Part shown: one piece after another, positions 47,543 through 55,553 of the stretch
Numbering within the stretch: position 1 is the first letter of the stretch
Layout of the letters: each line of letters starts with the position of its first letter
Assembly (NCBI GenBank): GCA_964540535.1
Contig: CAZIMO010000002.1
Span: 216,705-280,704, forward strand
Origin: an uncultured Eubacteriales bacterium
GTDB taxonomy: Bacteria; Bacillota; Clostridia; Oscillospirales; Acutalibacteraceae
DNA: 64,000 nucleotides
Direction of reading: 5' to 3'
Notes under the pieces: generated by a model
What the model was told of the DNA's origin: nothing
Databases searched by the model: none
Seen by the model: the letters and a program-made list of their open reading frames with translations, nothing else
Translations under genes and position numbers: made by a program

Positions 47543-48806
47543 TGCCGCTTTCCTCCCCTGTGAGAAGATAGATTGTATCAACAGTAACGCGCTTTGCACA
47601 TTCTGTTACCTGTTCACGGGTAACGCCTGCAATAAGCTCTGCATATTCTTGACCGCTTACAAGCTTTTCATCAAGAGCCTGTGAGCCGTAGAAAGTACAA
47701 ACTGCCGCAGGTGAATCCTCAACGCCGTTGAATGCGTCGCAAAGAGCGGTGATTGACGAGTCAAATTCTTCATCTGTAAATTCGCCGTTTTTCATAACCT
47801 CAAGCTGATTTAAAATCTCATTCTTTGCTTTTTCGTAATTCTGATTTTCAATACCGCTTTGAATGAAAATAATACCCTTATCGCGAACGATTCTTGAATT
47901 ACAGTAATAGCAAAGGCTCATTTTTTCACGCACATTGGTAAAAAGCCGGGAATAAGGTCCGCCGCCGAAAATATCGGTCATTACACGGTAAGCGAAATAA
48001 TTATCGTCAGCATTTGTCATACCTGTACGAAGTCCCATAACAAGCTTTGCCTGTGTAATGTCCATTGATTCCTTGTAAAAGCGTGTTTCATCTGCCTTTT
48101 CAATGAATACAGGCTCAAGCTTTGCAATATCACGGTCTGCAATACTGTTTGCGAATTCTGTAAATTTATTTTTGAGCATTTCGCCGTCAAGACTTCCGCA
48201 AGCTGTAATTACGATTGTTGAAGTTTTAAGCATATTTTCATAAGCTTCAAAAAGTGCCTTGCTGTTAAGATTTTCAACATCTTTATAAAGCTTTTCACGG
48301 TCTATTCCGTAAGGCTCATCTTTACACATAAGCTGACGCAGACGAGAAAGCGCATAGCCCCTCTTGTCATTCTTTTCAGCTTCAAGATTTTCAAGAGAGA
48401 AACGGATTTCACGGGCGGTATTCATTTCATCAAAGTAACCGTTTTCTGCATTTGGATTTGAGATTATGTCAACAAGGAAGTCAACTGCGTCATCTGAAAT
48501 TTTTCTGCCGTCAAGAGAAAAACGGTCGTCGGGTACTTCAATTGAAAAGCGCAGCTTAACATCTTCGCCTGCGCACATAATGTTCGAATCAAAATCTGCG
48601 CCGTAAAGACTCTCAACCTTTGAATTAAACTCTTTTACCGTTTTGTATTTCTTTGAGGTATGGCTCATAAACGATGAAAGCACATTCTGTGCCGCAAGCT
48701 GTTCAGTTATGGGCATACAAAAATCAATTCTGATAAAGTTTGTCTTGAATTTATCACTGTTTATGCACAAAAGCTTTACGCCTTTTGCAATTTCTGTGTA
48801 GTTCAT
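47535..48806 (-). CDS. M16 family peptidase-like protein lacking HxxEH (non-catalytic partner)
   Basis: Start at MNYTEIAKG with SD GGAGGA. No HxxEH motif seen. Pairing resembles YmfF/YmfH. Confidence 0.7.
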   Translation of the reverse strand: MNYTEIAKGVKLLCINSDKFKTNFIRIDFCMPITEQLAAQNVLSSFMSHTSKKYKTVKEFNSKVESLYGADFDSNIMCAGEDVKLRFSIEVPDDRFSLDGRKISDDAVDFLVDIISNPNAENGYFDEMNTAREIRFSLENLEAEKNDKRGYALSRLRQLMCKDEPYGIDREKLYKDVENLNSKALFEAYENMLKTSTIVITACGSLDGEMLKNKFTEFANSIADRDIAKLEPVFIEKADETRFYKESMDITQAKLVMGLRTGMTNADDNYFAYRVMTDIFGGGPYSRLFTNVREKMSLCYYCNSRIVRDKGIIFIQSGIENQNYEKAKNEILNQLEVMKNGEFTDEEFDSSITALCDAFNGVEDSPAAVCTFYGSQALDEKLVSGQEYAELIAGVTREQVTECAKRVTVDTIYLLTGEESGNE

Positions 48807-48973
48807 TACAAATCCTCCAAAAACAATATAAATATAATAGCATTTTACCATATTTTTCTTATAATGAAAAGCATATTTTAAAAACTTGATTTAATTTCTG
48901 TTTATTTTTCCCTTACTGTGTTCAAAATAAACCATATATGTGTTAATTTTTTGTTAAAGTGACAATAAATTTG

Positions 48974-49002
48974 TTGACTTTAAAATGAATTTACAATACA
49001 AT
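48974..49002 (+). promoter_or_regulatory. Near-consensus sigma-A promoter reading into the inverted-repeat element and the radical SAM gene
   Basis: TTGACT, 17 nt, TACAAT. The predicted start lies about 10 nt before the element. Confidence 0.6.
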
Positions 49003-49018
49003 AGATAGGATATTTATT

Positions 49019-49403
49019 TTAAGCGAAGCCGACAAATCCAAACTCGCCTAAAATGTGCGTACTGCGGACACTTTTCGGCTTATCGCACCCGAAAGGCTGA
49101 CGCCCGACAAGGTCGCAAAAGTGAAAATCCATCCGTACTCTCTGCCTTTTCGGTGCGAAGCAGTTTAAAATGAACAGATTTTTTTGAACAAGGCGCAAAA
49201 TCGAAAGCATACTGCCGTATGATGAGATTTTTAACGCAGTTCAGAGAGAAATATGCCATTTTAAACCATATTGGGTTCAACTCCCTTCGCCTTATGCAAG
49301 GCACAAAACGCAGTCAATCCTAACGGATTGACGAGTATTTTAACAAAGCAGAACCGAAAATCAAGCCCTAAAAATCGGGTTCGGATTTGTCGGCTTCGCT
49401 TAA
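49019..49403. other. 385-bp unit closed by 23-bp inverted repeats (MITE-like element or large structured leader/ncRNA)
   Basis: Left arm AAGCGAAGCCGACAAATCCAAAC (49021-49043). Right arm GTTCGGATTTGTCGGCTTCGCTT (49379-49401). TTAA at both junctions. No convincing ORF inside. Confidence 0.7.
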
Positions 49404-49421
49404 CTAATCAGGTGTAATTAA

Positions 49422-50882
49422 ATGAAGTTAGTTTACAACATTCAAAAAGCCGGAATGAGTATAGTAGTTGACAAACTGTTAAAGTATATCGACAAAGACC
49501 CTCAGGCTAATATTATTAAGCTTTCCGAGCGTATTGAACCGATTTTCGGCAAAATTTTTCCTCCCGAAAATTTCAAAAGGATTAAAGAAGTTGCCAAAGA
49601 TAAGGATAATGTTTGGACTCAATTTGCACTCAGTATTATAAACGATATTGACCGCAGCGTAATTAAGCAGATGCTCATATCGTTCGGTATTGACGCAGGT
49701 TATTACGGCACAAAAGCAGTGCGTGCTAACCGTGAAAAGCACAAGTGCAACATACCGTTTAATATTCTTTTTGACCCTACCAGTGCCTGCAACCGTAACT
49801 GCAAAGGCTGTTGGTCTGCTGAATACGGTCATAAACAGAATTTAACCCTTGACGAAATGCAGAGCATTGTAACACAGGGCAAGGAATTGGGCTGTCATTT
49901 TTATTGGCTTACAGGCGGCGAACCTCTTATTAAGAAAAAAGAAGTTCTTGAAATCTGCCGTAACAATAAAGACTGCATTTTCTTAATATTTACAAACGCT
50001 ACTCTTGTCGATGAAGAGTTCTGCCGCGATATGAACGAGTGCGGTAACATTACCCTTGCTTTAAGCCTTGAGGGCAGTGAAGAATCTACCGACTGGCGTC
50101 GCGGCGAGGGTTCATATGCAACCACAGTTAAGGCTATGGATTTGCTCAAAAAAAACAAGTGTATTTTCGGTGTTTCTGTATGCTACACAAGCAAGAACCT
50201 GCCCGTTGTTACAAGCGATGAATTTGTTGATATGATTATCGGCAAGGGCGCAAAGTTTATGCTTAATTTCAACTATATGCCCGTAGGTCACGGCGCTGAT
50301 GTAAGTCTTATTCCTACACCCGAGCAAAGAAAAGAGCTTTATATGTGGAATAAGAAAATGCGTAACGGCAAAACGGGCAAACCCATTTTCATTATGGATT
50401 TCCAAAATGACGGCGAATATGTGGGCGGTTGCATTGCAGGCGGCAGAAACTACTTTCACATTAACTCGGCCGGTGATATCGAGCCTTGCGTATTTATTCA
50501 TTATTCTGACTCAAACATCAGAACACATACGCTTTTAGAGGCGCTTCAAAATCCGTTGTTTATGGCTTATTATAAAAATCAGCCATTTAACGACAATCAT
50601 CTTCGCCCCTGCCCGATGCTTGAAAATCCCACAAGACTTCGCGAGCTTATTGCAGAAACAGGCGCAAAAAGTTCTGACCTTGAGCGGCAGGAAAGTGCTG
50701 ACGAACTTTGCAGTAAATGCGACAAATACGCTGAAAAGTGGGCACCGGTTGCTGAAGAATTATGGACAACGCTTCCGCACAAAAATACTCACACGCAGTA
50801 TTACCGTGACACACCCGAGGGTAAAGCGGAGCTTAGCGGCGGATGTACAGGAAACTGTGGATCCTGCGGAATGCACAAATAA
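49422..50882 (+). CDS. Radical SAM enzyme with a C-terminal auxiliary-cluster (twitch/SPASM-like) region, substrate unknown
   Basis: CNRNCKGCW (CxxxCxxC), GGEPL, the later motif GGCIAGGRNYFHINSAGDIEPC, and a Cys-rich tail GGCTGNCGSCG. Confidence 0.75.
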   Translation: MKLVYNIQKAGMSIVVDKLLKYIDKDPQANIIKLSERIEPIFGKIFPPENFKRIKEVAKDKDNVWTQFALSIINDIDRSVIKQMLISFGIDAGYYGTKAVRANREKHKCNIPFNILFDPTSACNRNCKGCWSAEYGHKQNLTLDEMQSIVTQGKELGCHFYWLTGGEPLIKKKEVLEICRNNKDCIFLIFTNATLVDEEFCRDMNECGNITLALSLEGSEESTDWRRGEGSYATTVKAMDLLKKNKCIFGVSVCYTSKNLPVVTSDEFVDMIIGKGAKFMLNFNYMPVGHGADVSLIPTPEQRKELYMWNKKMRNGKTGKPIFIMDFQNDGEYVGGCIAGGRNYFHINSAGDIEPCVFIHYSDSNIRTHTLLEALQNPLFMAYYKNQPFNDNHLRPCPMLENPTRLRELIAETGAKSSDLERQESADELCSKCDKYAEKWAPVAEELWTTLPHKNTHTQYYRDTPEGKAELSGGCTGNCGSCGMHK

Positions 50883-50897
50883 GCGATGTAAAAAAAC

Positions 50898-50928
50898 AAT
50901 GACCGTATTTCTGATAGAAAACGGTCAT
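50898..50928 (+). terminator. Terminator of the radical SAM gene
   Basis: AATGACCGT..ACGGTCATT followed by TTTT. Confidence 0.7.
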
Positions 50929-50950
50929 TTTTATTATATATATAAAATTA

Positions 50951-50977
50951 AAGGACAGACGGTCAGTGTCTGTCCTT
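50951..50977 (-). terminator. Terminator of the nrd operon
   Basis: AAGGACAGAC-ggtcagt-GTCTGTCCTT hairpin just downstream of the nrdG stop. Confidence 0.65.
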
Positions 50978-50982
50978 TTGAA

Positions 50983-51492
50983 TTATATCTCGATTTCAAC
51001 TGCCCGTCCTGTTTCCAATGACTTTTTTGAATCGAGAACTCTTTGGTTAGTTGAACCGCGGAATTTGCAGTTAAGTGATTTTTTTGCCAAAACAAATTTG
51101 CCGTCAATAAGAATATCGGTCTGTTCAAGCAAATGACGCCAACCATCATTATTCGCCATACCCTTATAAAGCTGTTCAAAAGTATAGCCCGTATAGGTTA
51201 CAACATCAAGCCCTAAATCATGAACCATTTTTGCCAAAACCGAAAAGCTTTCAGCCTGTTCAAACGGATCTCCGCCCGAAAAAGTGACTCCTTTAAGCAA
51301 TTTATCCGCTTTTACTGCTTCAATTATTCGCTCCGCCGAGCTTTCATACCCGCCGTTCATATCGTGAGTTTCGGGGTTATGACAGCCCTCGCAGTTATGC
51401 TTACAGCCCTGTGCAAACACAACAAAACGCCAGCCCGGTCCGTCAACAATAGATTCACGGATAACACCTGCAAGTCTTAAAGGCGCTGCCAT
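50983..51492 (-). CDS. nrdG: Anaerobic ribonucleotide reductase activating protein
   Basis: CKHNCEGCHN radical SAM cluster, 169 aa. The ATG overlaps the upstream stop (TAATG). Confidence 0.9.
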   Translation of the reverse strand: MAAPLRLAGVIRESIVDGPGWRFVVFAQGCKHNCEGCHNPETHDMNGGYESSAERIIEAVKADKLLKGVTFSGGDPFEQAESFSVLAKMVHDLGLDVVTYTGYTFEQLYKGMANNDGWRHLLEQTDILIDGKFVLAKKSLNCKFRGSTNQRVLDSKKSLETGRAVEIEI

Positions 51493-51668
51493 TATACCTG
51501 CTCCATTTCTCCCTTGCCGGTGCCGATTGAATGCTTAACTCTGTCTTGTACCTCGGCATATTTAGCATCGTTAAATCTATCAAGAGTACCAACAAGGTAT
51601 CCTGTAATTCTGCGAATTCTTTCAAAGCCTACGCCTTCGCCAACCATTACTGTTTCTTTTTTAGCCAT
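51492..51668 (-). CDS. Standalone glycyl-radical peptide, 58 aa (NrdD C-terminal-domain homologue; below ORF-track cutoff)
   Basis: MAKKETVMVGEGVGFERIRRITGYLVGTLDRFNDAKYAEVQDRVKHSIGTGKGEMEQV. Carries RRxxGYLG...RVKH as at the NrdD C-terminus, with its own SD AAGGAGAG. Confidence 0.75.
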   Translation of the reverse strand: MAKKETVMVGEGVGFERIRRITGYLVGTLDRFNDAKYAEVQDRVKHSIGTGKGEMEQV

Positions 51669-51706
51669 TATTTTTCTCTCCTTAAATATAATTTCAATAA
51701 TCAGTT

Positions 51707-54022
51707 TTATTCTACCGGATGTGACACTTTATCTGCTTCTTCAAGCTCGTTTACGTCACAGCAGTGAACATCTTTTTTGTAGCCGTTGAGCTTTTTGAGA
51801 ACCTCAATGTCAACACCTTCGCCCTCACGGCGTCCGCAACGTGGACAAACATCGCCGATAATTCCTGTGTAACCGCAAACAGGGTCACGGTCAACGGGGT
51901 GGTTGATTGAGCCATAGCCGATGCCTGCGTCATACATACAGCGAACTACCGCTTCAAATGCGTCAAGGTTCTGTGTGGGGTCGCCGTCCATTTCGATATA
52001 TGAAATATGACCGCCGTTTGTAAGCGCATGATAAGGCGCTTCAAGTCTGATTTTATCAAATGCAGAAATCGGATAATAAACAGGCACATGGAATGAGTTT
52101 GTGTAATACTTTCTGTCGGTAACACCCTCAATTACGCCGTAACGCTCTCTGTCCATTGCAACAAATCTTCCCGAAAGTCCTTCGGCGGGAGTTGCGATAA
52201 GTGAGAAGTTCATACCCGTTGCATGGCTTGCTTCATCTGTACGCTGACGCATATGATGAATAATTTCAAGACCCAGATTCTGAGATTCTTTTGATTCGCC
52301 GTGATGCTTGCCTGTAAGAGATTTAAGTGTTTCGGCAAGACCGATAAAGCCTATTGTAAGAGTACCGTGCTTTAATACTTCACGAACTTCGTCGTCAATA
52401 CCGAGCTTTTCAGAATCAAGCCAAATGCCCTGACCCATAAGGAAAGGATAGTTGCGAACTCTTCTCTTTGCCTGGATTTCAAAACGCTCAAGAAGCTGTG
52501 CGATTACAAGATCGATTTTTCTGTCAAGCTCTTCAAAGAAGTAATCAAGATTACCGTGAGCCTTAATAGCAATTCTCGGAAGATTGATAGATGTGAATGA
52601 AAGATTTCCTCTGCCGCCTGTTACACTGCGTGTTTTATCATAGTTATTTGCCATAACACGGGTACGGCAGCCCATATATGCAACCTCTGTATTGGGGTCG
52701 CCTTCAACATAGTTTTCTTTATTGAAAGGTGCGTCCATAAATGAGAAATTGGGGAAAAGACGGAGCGCTGATACACGGCATGCAAGCTTGAACAAATCGT
52801 AGTTTACATCGCCCGGGTTATAGTTTACGCCGGCCTTGACCTTGAAGATATGAATTGGGAATACGGGAGTTTCGCCGTTACCCAAACCTGCTTCGGTAGC
52901 AAGAAGAACATTCTTAACTACCATTCTGCCCTCTGGAGTTGTATCTGTACCGTAGTTGATTGATGAGAAAGGAATTTGAGCGCCTGCGCGTGAGTGCATT
53001 GTATTAAGGTTATGTACAAGAGCTTCCATAGCCTGATATGTTGCGCGGTCTGTTTCCTGAACTGCCTTATCAGTTGCAAAATTCTGAATTTTCTCAACAT
53101 CTGCCGATGTGATACCTAATTTCTTAACAAGAGCCTCTGCTTCATACTTCTGATAATCGTTATCGTTTGCAAGGCAGGGGATTAAGCCGTGCTCATTTTC
53201 AATTTCAGCACAAACAGCTTTAGCTTCATCTTTTGCATTGTCAACGCCGTGAAGAAGCTCAAGAGCTTTAGCAACATTTTCGATATATTTTTTCTTGTAT
53301 GTCTTTTTAACACCCGGAGCCATTCCGTAATCAAAGTTAGGAATACTCTGACCGCCGTGCTGATCGTTTTGGTTTGACTGAATTGCGATACAAGCAAGAG
53401 CTGAATAGCTTGCAATATCGTTAGGCTCGCGAAGGAAACCGTGACCTGTTGAGAATCCGTCTTTAAAGAGCTTAACAAGGTCAATCTGACAGCAGGTAGT
53501 TGTAAGGGTTAAGAAATCCATATCGTGAATATGAATGTCGCCCTCTTGATGCGCCTTTGCGTGTTCGGGTTTCAAAATGTGAAGCACATTGAACTGCTTT
53601 GCGCCCTCTGAACCGTATTTAAGCATTGTACCCATTGATGTATCGCCGTCGATATTGGCATTTTCACGCTTAACATCGTTATCCTTTGCAGAAACGAAAG
53701 TCAAGTCCTCATATGTTTTCATAAGGCGTGTATTCATTTCACGGACGCGAGAACGTTCTGCTCTGTAAAGAATATATTTCTTTGCGGTTCTTGCATGACC
53801 TGTTTCAATAAGTGTTTTTTCAACATAGTCCTGAATTTGCTCAACTGTGGGAATTTGAATGCCGTCACGCTCAATATATTGTATTGCCAGTTTTGCAACA
53901 TCCATAGCCTCGTCAAAGTCTCTTCCGCCGGTAGCCTTTGCTGCTTGATAAACAGCGTTGGCGATTTTTTCAATAGAAAAATCAACCTCGCGGCCGTCGC
54001 GTTTTACAATCTTTTCAATCAT
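51707..54022 (-). CDS. nrdD: Anaerobic ribonucleoside-triphosphate reductase, large protein
   Basis: ATP-cone N-terminus, class III RNR core, Zn ribbon CGYTG..CPRCG. The tail has KKLNGY in place of the canonical RRxxGY. Confidence 0.9.
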   Translation of the reverse strand: MIEKIVKRDGREVDFSIEKIANAVYQAAKATGGRDFDEAMDVAKLAIQYIERDGIQIPTVEQIQDYVEKTLIETGHARTAKKYILYRAERSRVREMNTRLMKTYEDLTFVSAKDNDVKRENANIDGDTSMGTMLKYGSEGAKQFNVLHILKPEHAKAHQEGDIHIHDMDFLTLTTTCCQIDLVKLFKDGFSTGHGFLREPNDIASYSALACIAIQSNQNDQHGGQSIPNFDYGMAPGVKKTYKKKYIENVAKALELLHGVDNAKDEAKAVCAEIENEHGLIPCLANDNDYQKYEAEALVKKLGITSADVEKIQNFATDKAVQETDRATYQAMEALVHNLNTMHSRAGAQIPFSSINYGTDTTPEGRMVVKNVLLATEAGLGNGETPVFPIHIFKVKAGVNYNPGDVNYDLFKLACRVSALRLFPNFSFMDAPFNKENYVEGDPNTEVAYMGCRTRVMANNYDKTRSVTGGRGNLSFTSINLPRIAIKAHGNLDYFFEELDRKIDLVIAQLLERFEIQAKRRVRNYPFLMGQGIWLDSEKLGIDDEVREVLKHGTLTIGFIGLAETLKSLTGKHHGESKESQNLGLEIIHHMRQRTDEASHATGMNFSLIATPAEGLSGRFVAMDRERYGVIEGVTDRKYYTNSFHVPVYYPISAFDKIRLEAPYHALTNGGHISYIEMDGDPTQNLDAFEAVVRCMYDAGIGYGSINHPVDRDPVCGYTGIIGDVCPRCGRREGEGVDIEVLKKLNGYKKDVHCCDVNELEEADKVSHPVE

Positions 54023-54059
54023 TTTGTGCGTCCTCCGTTTTGTGTTTCATTTATTTACT

Positions 54060-54077
54060 ACACGCAATATCTTGTGT
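54060..54077 (-). promoter_or_regulatory. Candidate NrdR box (downstream of the -10)
   Basis: Minus strand ACACAAGATATTGCGTGT, compared with the NrdR-box consensus acaCwAtATaTwGtgt. Confidence 0.55.
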
Positions 54078-54097
54078 TTGTGAATTCAGCAAGTATC

Positions 54098-54136
54098 ATT
54101 TTATAGTATATTGCCGTTTATGTCAATATATAGTGT
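54098..54136 (-). promoter_or_regulatory. nrdD promoter with a candidate NrdR box overlapping the -35
   Basis: Minus strand ACACTATATATTGACA (box) contains TTGACA, then 17 nt, then TAAAAT. Confidence 0.55.
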
Positions 54137-54280
54137 TATAAAATATTAGCCAAAAAAAGCGGTAAATTTTTAGATGATTTTTCCTTTTTTGCTCTGAAGC
54201 CTTGAAAACACGCGGTTTTGGGGTTCGTTAAATTGCATAAGTTTAAAAATAACTAAAAAATTCATCTTGTATAAAAATTT

Positions 54281-54308
54281 GGCTGACCACAATATATTGT
54301 GGTCAGCC
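54281..54308 (-). terminator. Terminator hairpin of the pot operon (its stem is also NrdR-box-like)
   Basis: GGCTGACCACAATATATTGTGGTCAGCC, a perfect 28-nt palindrome. Confidence 0.6.
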
Positions 54309-54332
54309 TTTAACGCAGTAAACTGTGTAAAT

Positions 54333-55550
54333 TTACACATTATAATACTTATTCATACGGTTTTTCTTCAAAATATGAATAATCAGAATTGCAATTATAA
54401 CTGCAATTACCGAGAAAAATCCGATATACAGTCCGCCTGCATCATTTTCGCCCTTAACCTTCATCCAAAGGTTATTCATATACTGCAAGGTATCAGTAGG
54501 AAGATTATGAAACTCCTGCGCCCCTTTCAAGTTTTCGGGATAAACCGCTTCACTGTCTGCAAGAGAATAATCTTCATTCTCTATAACCGCAGTATTGGGA
54601 GTTGCATAATAGATGTATTCCGCATTGGCAAGGGCGATTTCAGGTTCCATCATAAAATTGATAAAAGCCTCTGCGCCCTTTTTATTCTGCGAACCCTTTG
54701 GAATGCACATTGCGTCATAGAATGTGTTTACGCCCTCCTCGGGGAATGCAAAGCCGAGATCGGGGTTATTATCAACCATAAGCTCGTAGTCGCCTGCATA
54801 ATAAGTCGCAAGAGCATACTCGCCGCTTTCCATTTTATTGAAAATTTCATCCATTACATATTCGGGTTTAACGTTTTGACGCTGTTCAAGAAGATAATCG
54901 GCAGCTTTATCCCAATCAGACATATCGGTTGTGTTGATATTCTGACCGAGGGCAAACTGTGCAACAGCAAAAGCGTCACGTGGATTATTGAACATAAGCA
55001 CCTTGCCCTTGTACTGTTCATCCCACAAAATTTTCCAGCTTGTCGGCTGTTCGCTTACCATATTCTTATTATAGATAAGAATAGTGGTTCCCACATTGTA
55101 AATAACCGCATAATCGCTGATACCGTTTTCTACAAGATGTCCGTATTCTTCAGCGTTAAAATACTTTTCATAGTTGGGAATATTTGAATAATCTAACGGA
55201 AGAAGCATTTCTTCAGAAAGCATCCGCTCAATCATATAGTCAGAAGGGATTACAATATCATAGCTGACGCCGCCGCCCGAAAGCTTTGAATACATATTTT
55301 CGTTTGACTCAAAGGTGGTGTAATTCACCTTACAGCCTGTAACTCTTTCAAACTGAGTGATTACATCGACTTCTTCATCGTCAATATATTCGCCCCAATT
55401 GTACACATTAAGCGTTGTACCCTGCAAACCGAGATTTTTGTAATATTCAAGGACTTCTGCCGAAAAGATTTCGTCAACGGCAGATGCAGGAATAACAAAA
55501 ACCGAGCATAATATCAACAAAGTAATTATAAGAGAGATAAGCTTTTTCAT
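54333..55550 (-). CDS. potD: Spermidine/putrescine-type ABC substrate-binding protein with an extra C-terminal TM helix
   Basis: Signal peptide, PotD-like fold, last gene of the potABCD operon. C-terminus is GLYIGFFSVIAVIIAILIIHILKKNR. Confidence 0.8.
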   Translation of the reverse strand: MKKLISLIITLLILCSVFVIPASAVDEIFSAEVLEYYKNLGLQGTTLNVYNWGEYIDDEEVDVITQFERVTGCKVNYTTFESNENMYSKLSGGGVSYDIVIPSDYMIERMLSEEMLLPLDYSNIPNYEKYFNAEEYGHLVENGISDYAVIYNVGTTILIYNKNMVSEQPTSWKILWDEQYKGKVLMFNNPRDAFAVAQFALGQNINTTDMSDWDKAADYLLEQRQNVKPEYVMDEIFNKMESGEYALATYYAGDYELMVDNNPDLGFAFPEEGVNTFYDAMCIPKGSQNKKGAEAFINFMMEPEIALANAEYIYYATPNTAVIENEDYSLADSEAVYPENLKGAQEFHNLPTDTLQYMNNLWMKVKGENDAGGLYIGFFSVIAVIIAILIIHILKKNRMNKYYNV

Positions 55551-55553
55551 CGG

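Noticed and set aside
49280-49294. 15-nt identity ACTCCCTTCGCCTTA shared with 44465-44479 (minus strand, downstream of folD)
   Set aside because: A few exact 15-mer matches are expected by chance among all position pairs in 2 x 64 kb, and the flanking sequence is unrelated.
49019-49403. Known large RNAs: RNase P, tmRNA, SRP RNA, T-box, cobalamin riboswitch or group II intron
   Set aside because: Signature sequences are absent. There is no GGAAAGUCC (the P4 region of RNase P), no T-box AGGGUGGUACCGCG-like motif, no B12 box, no SRP domain IV motif, and no domain V-like hairpin. The unit is also too short for an intron. The T-arm-like GGGUUCAACUCCC alone is not diagnostic.
46262-50882. RiPP-like cluster (radical SAM/SPASM-like enzyme plus two M16 peptidases, PQQ-style) with a precursor peptide in the 49-kb intergenic region
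   Set aside because: No small ORF with an RBS exists on either strand of 48807-49421. The M16 pair is divergently transcribed and sits in an operon with lgt and folD, as housekeeping YmfF/YmfH-type pairs do.
54267-55187. 306-aa plus-strand ORF
   Set aside because: It lies entirely antisense to the well-supported potD-like gene, has no RBS, and has a low-complexity Ile/Phe/Asn/Cys-rich composition. It is a typical shadow ORF.
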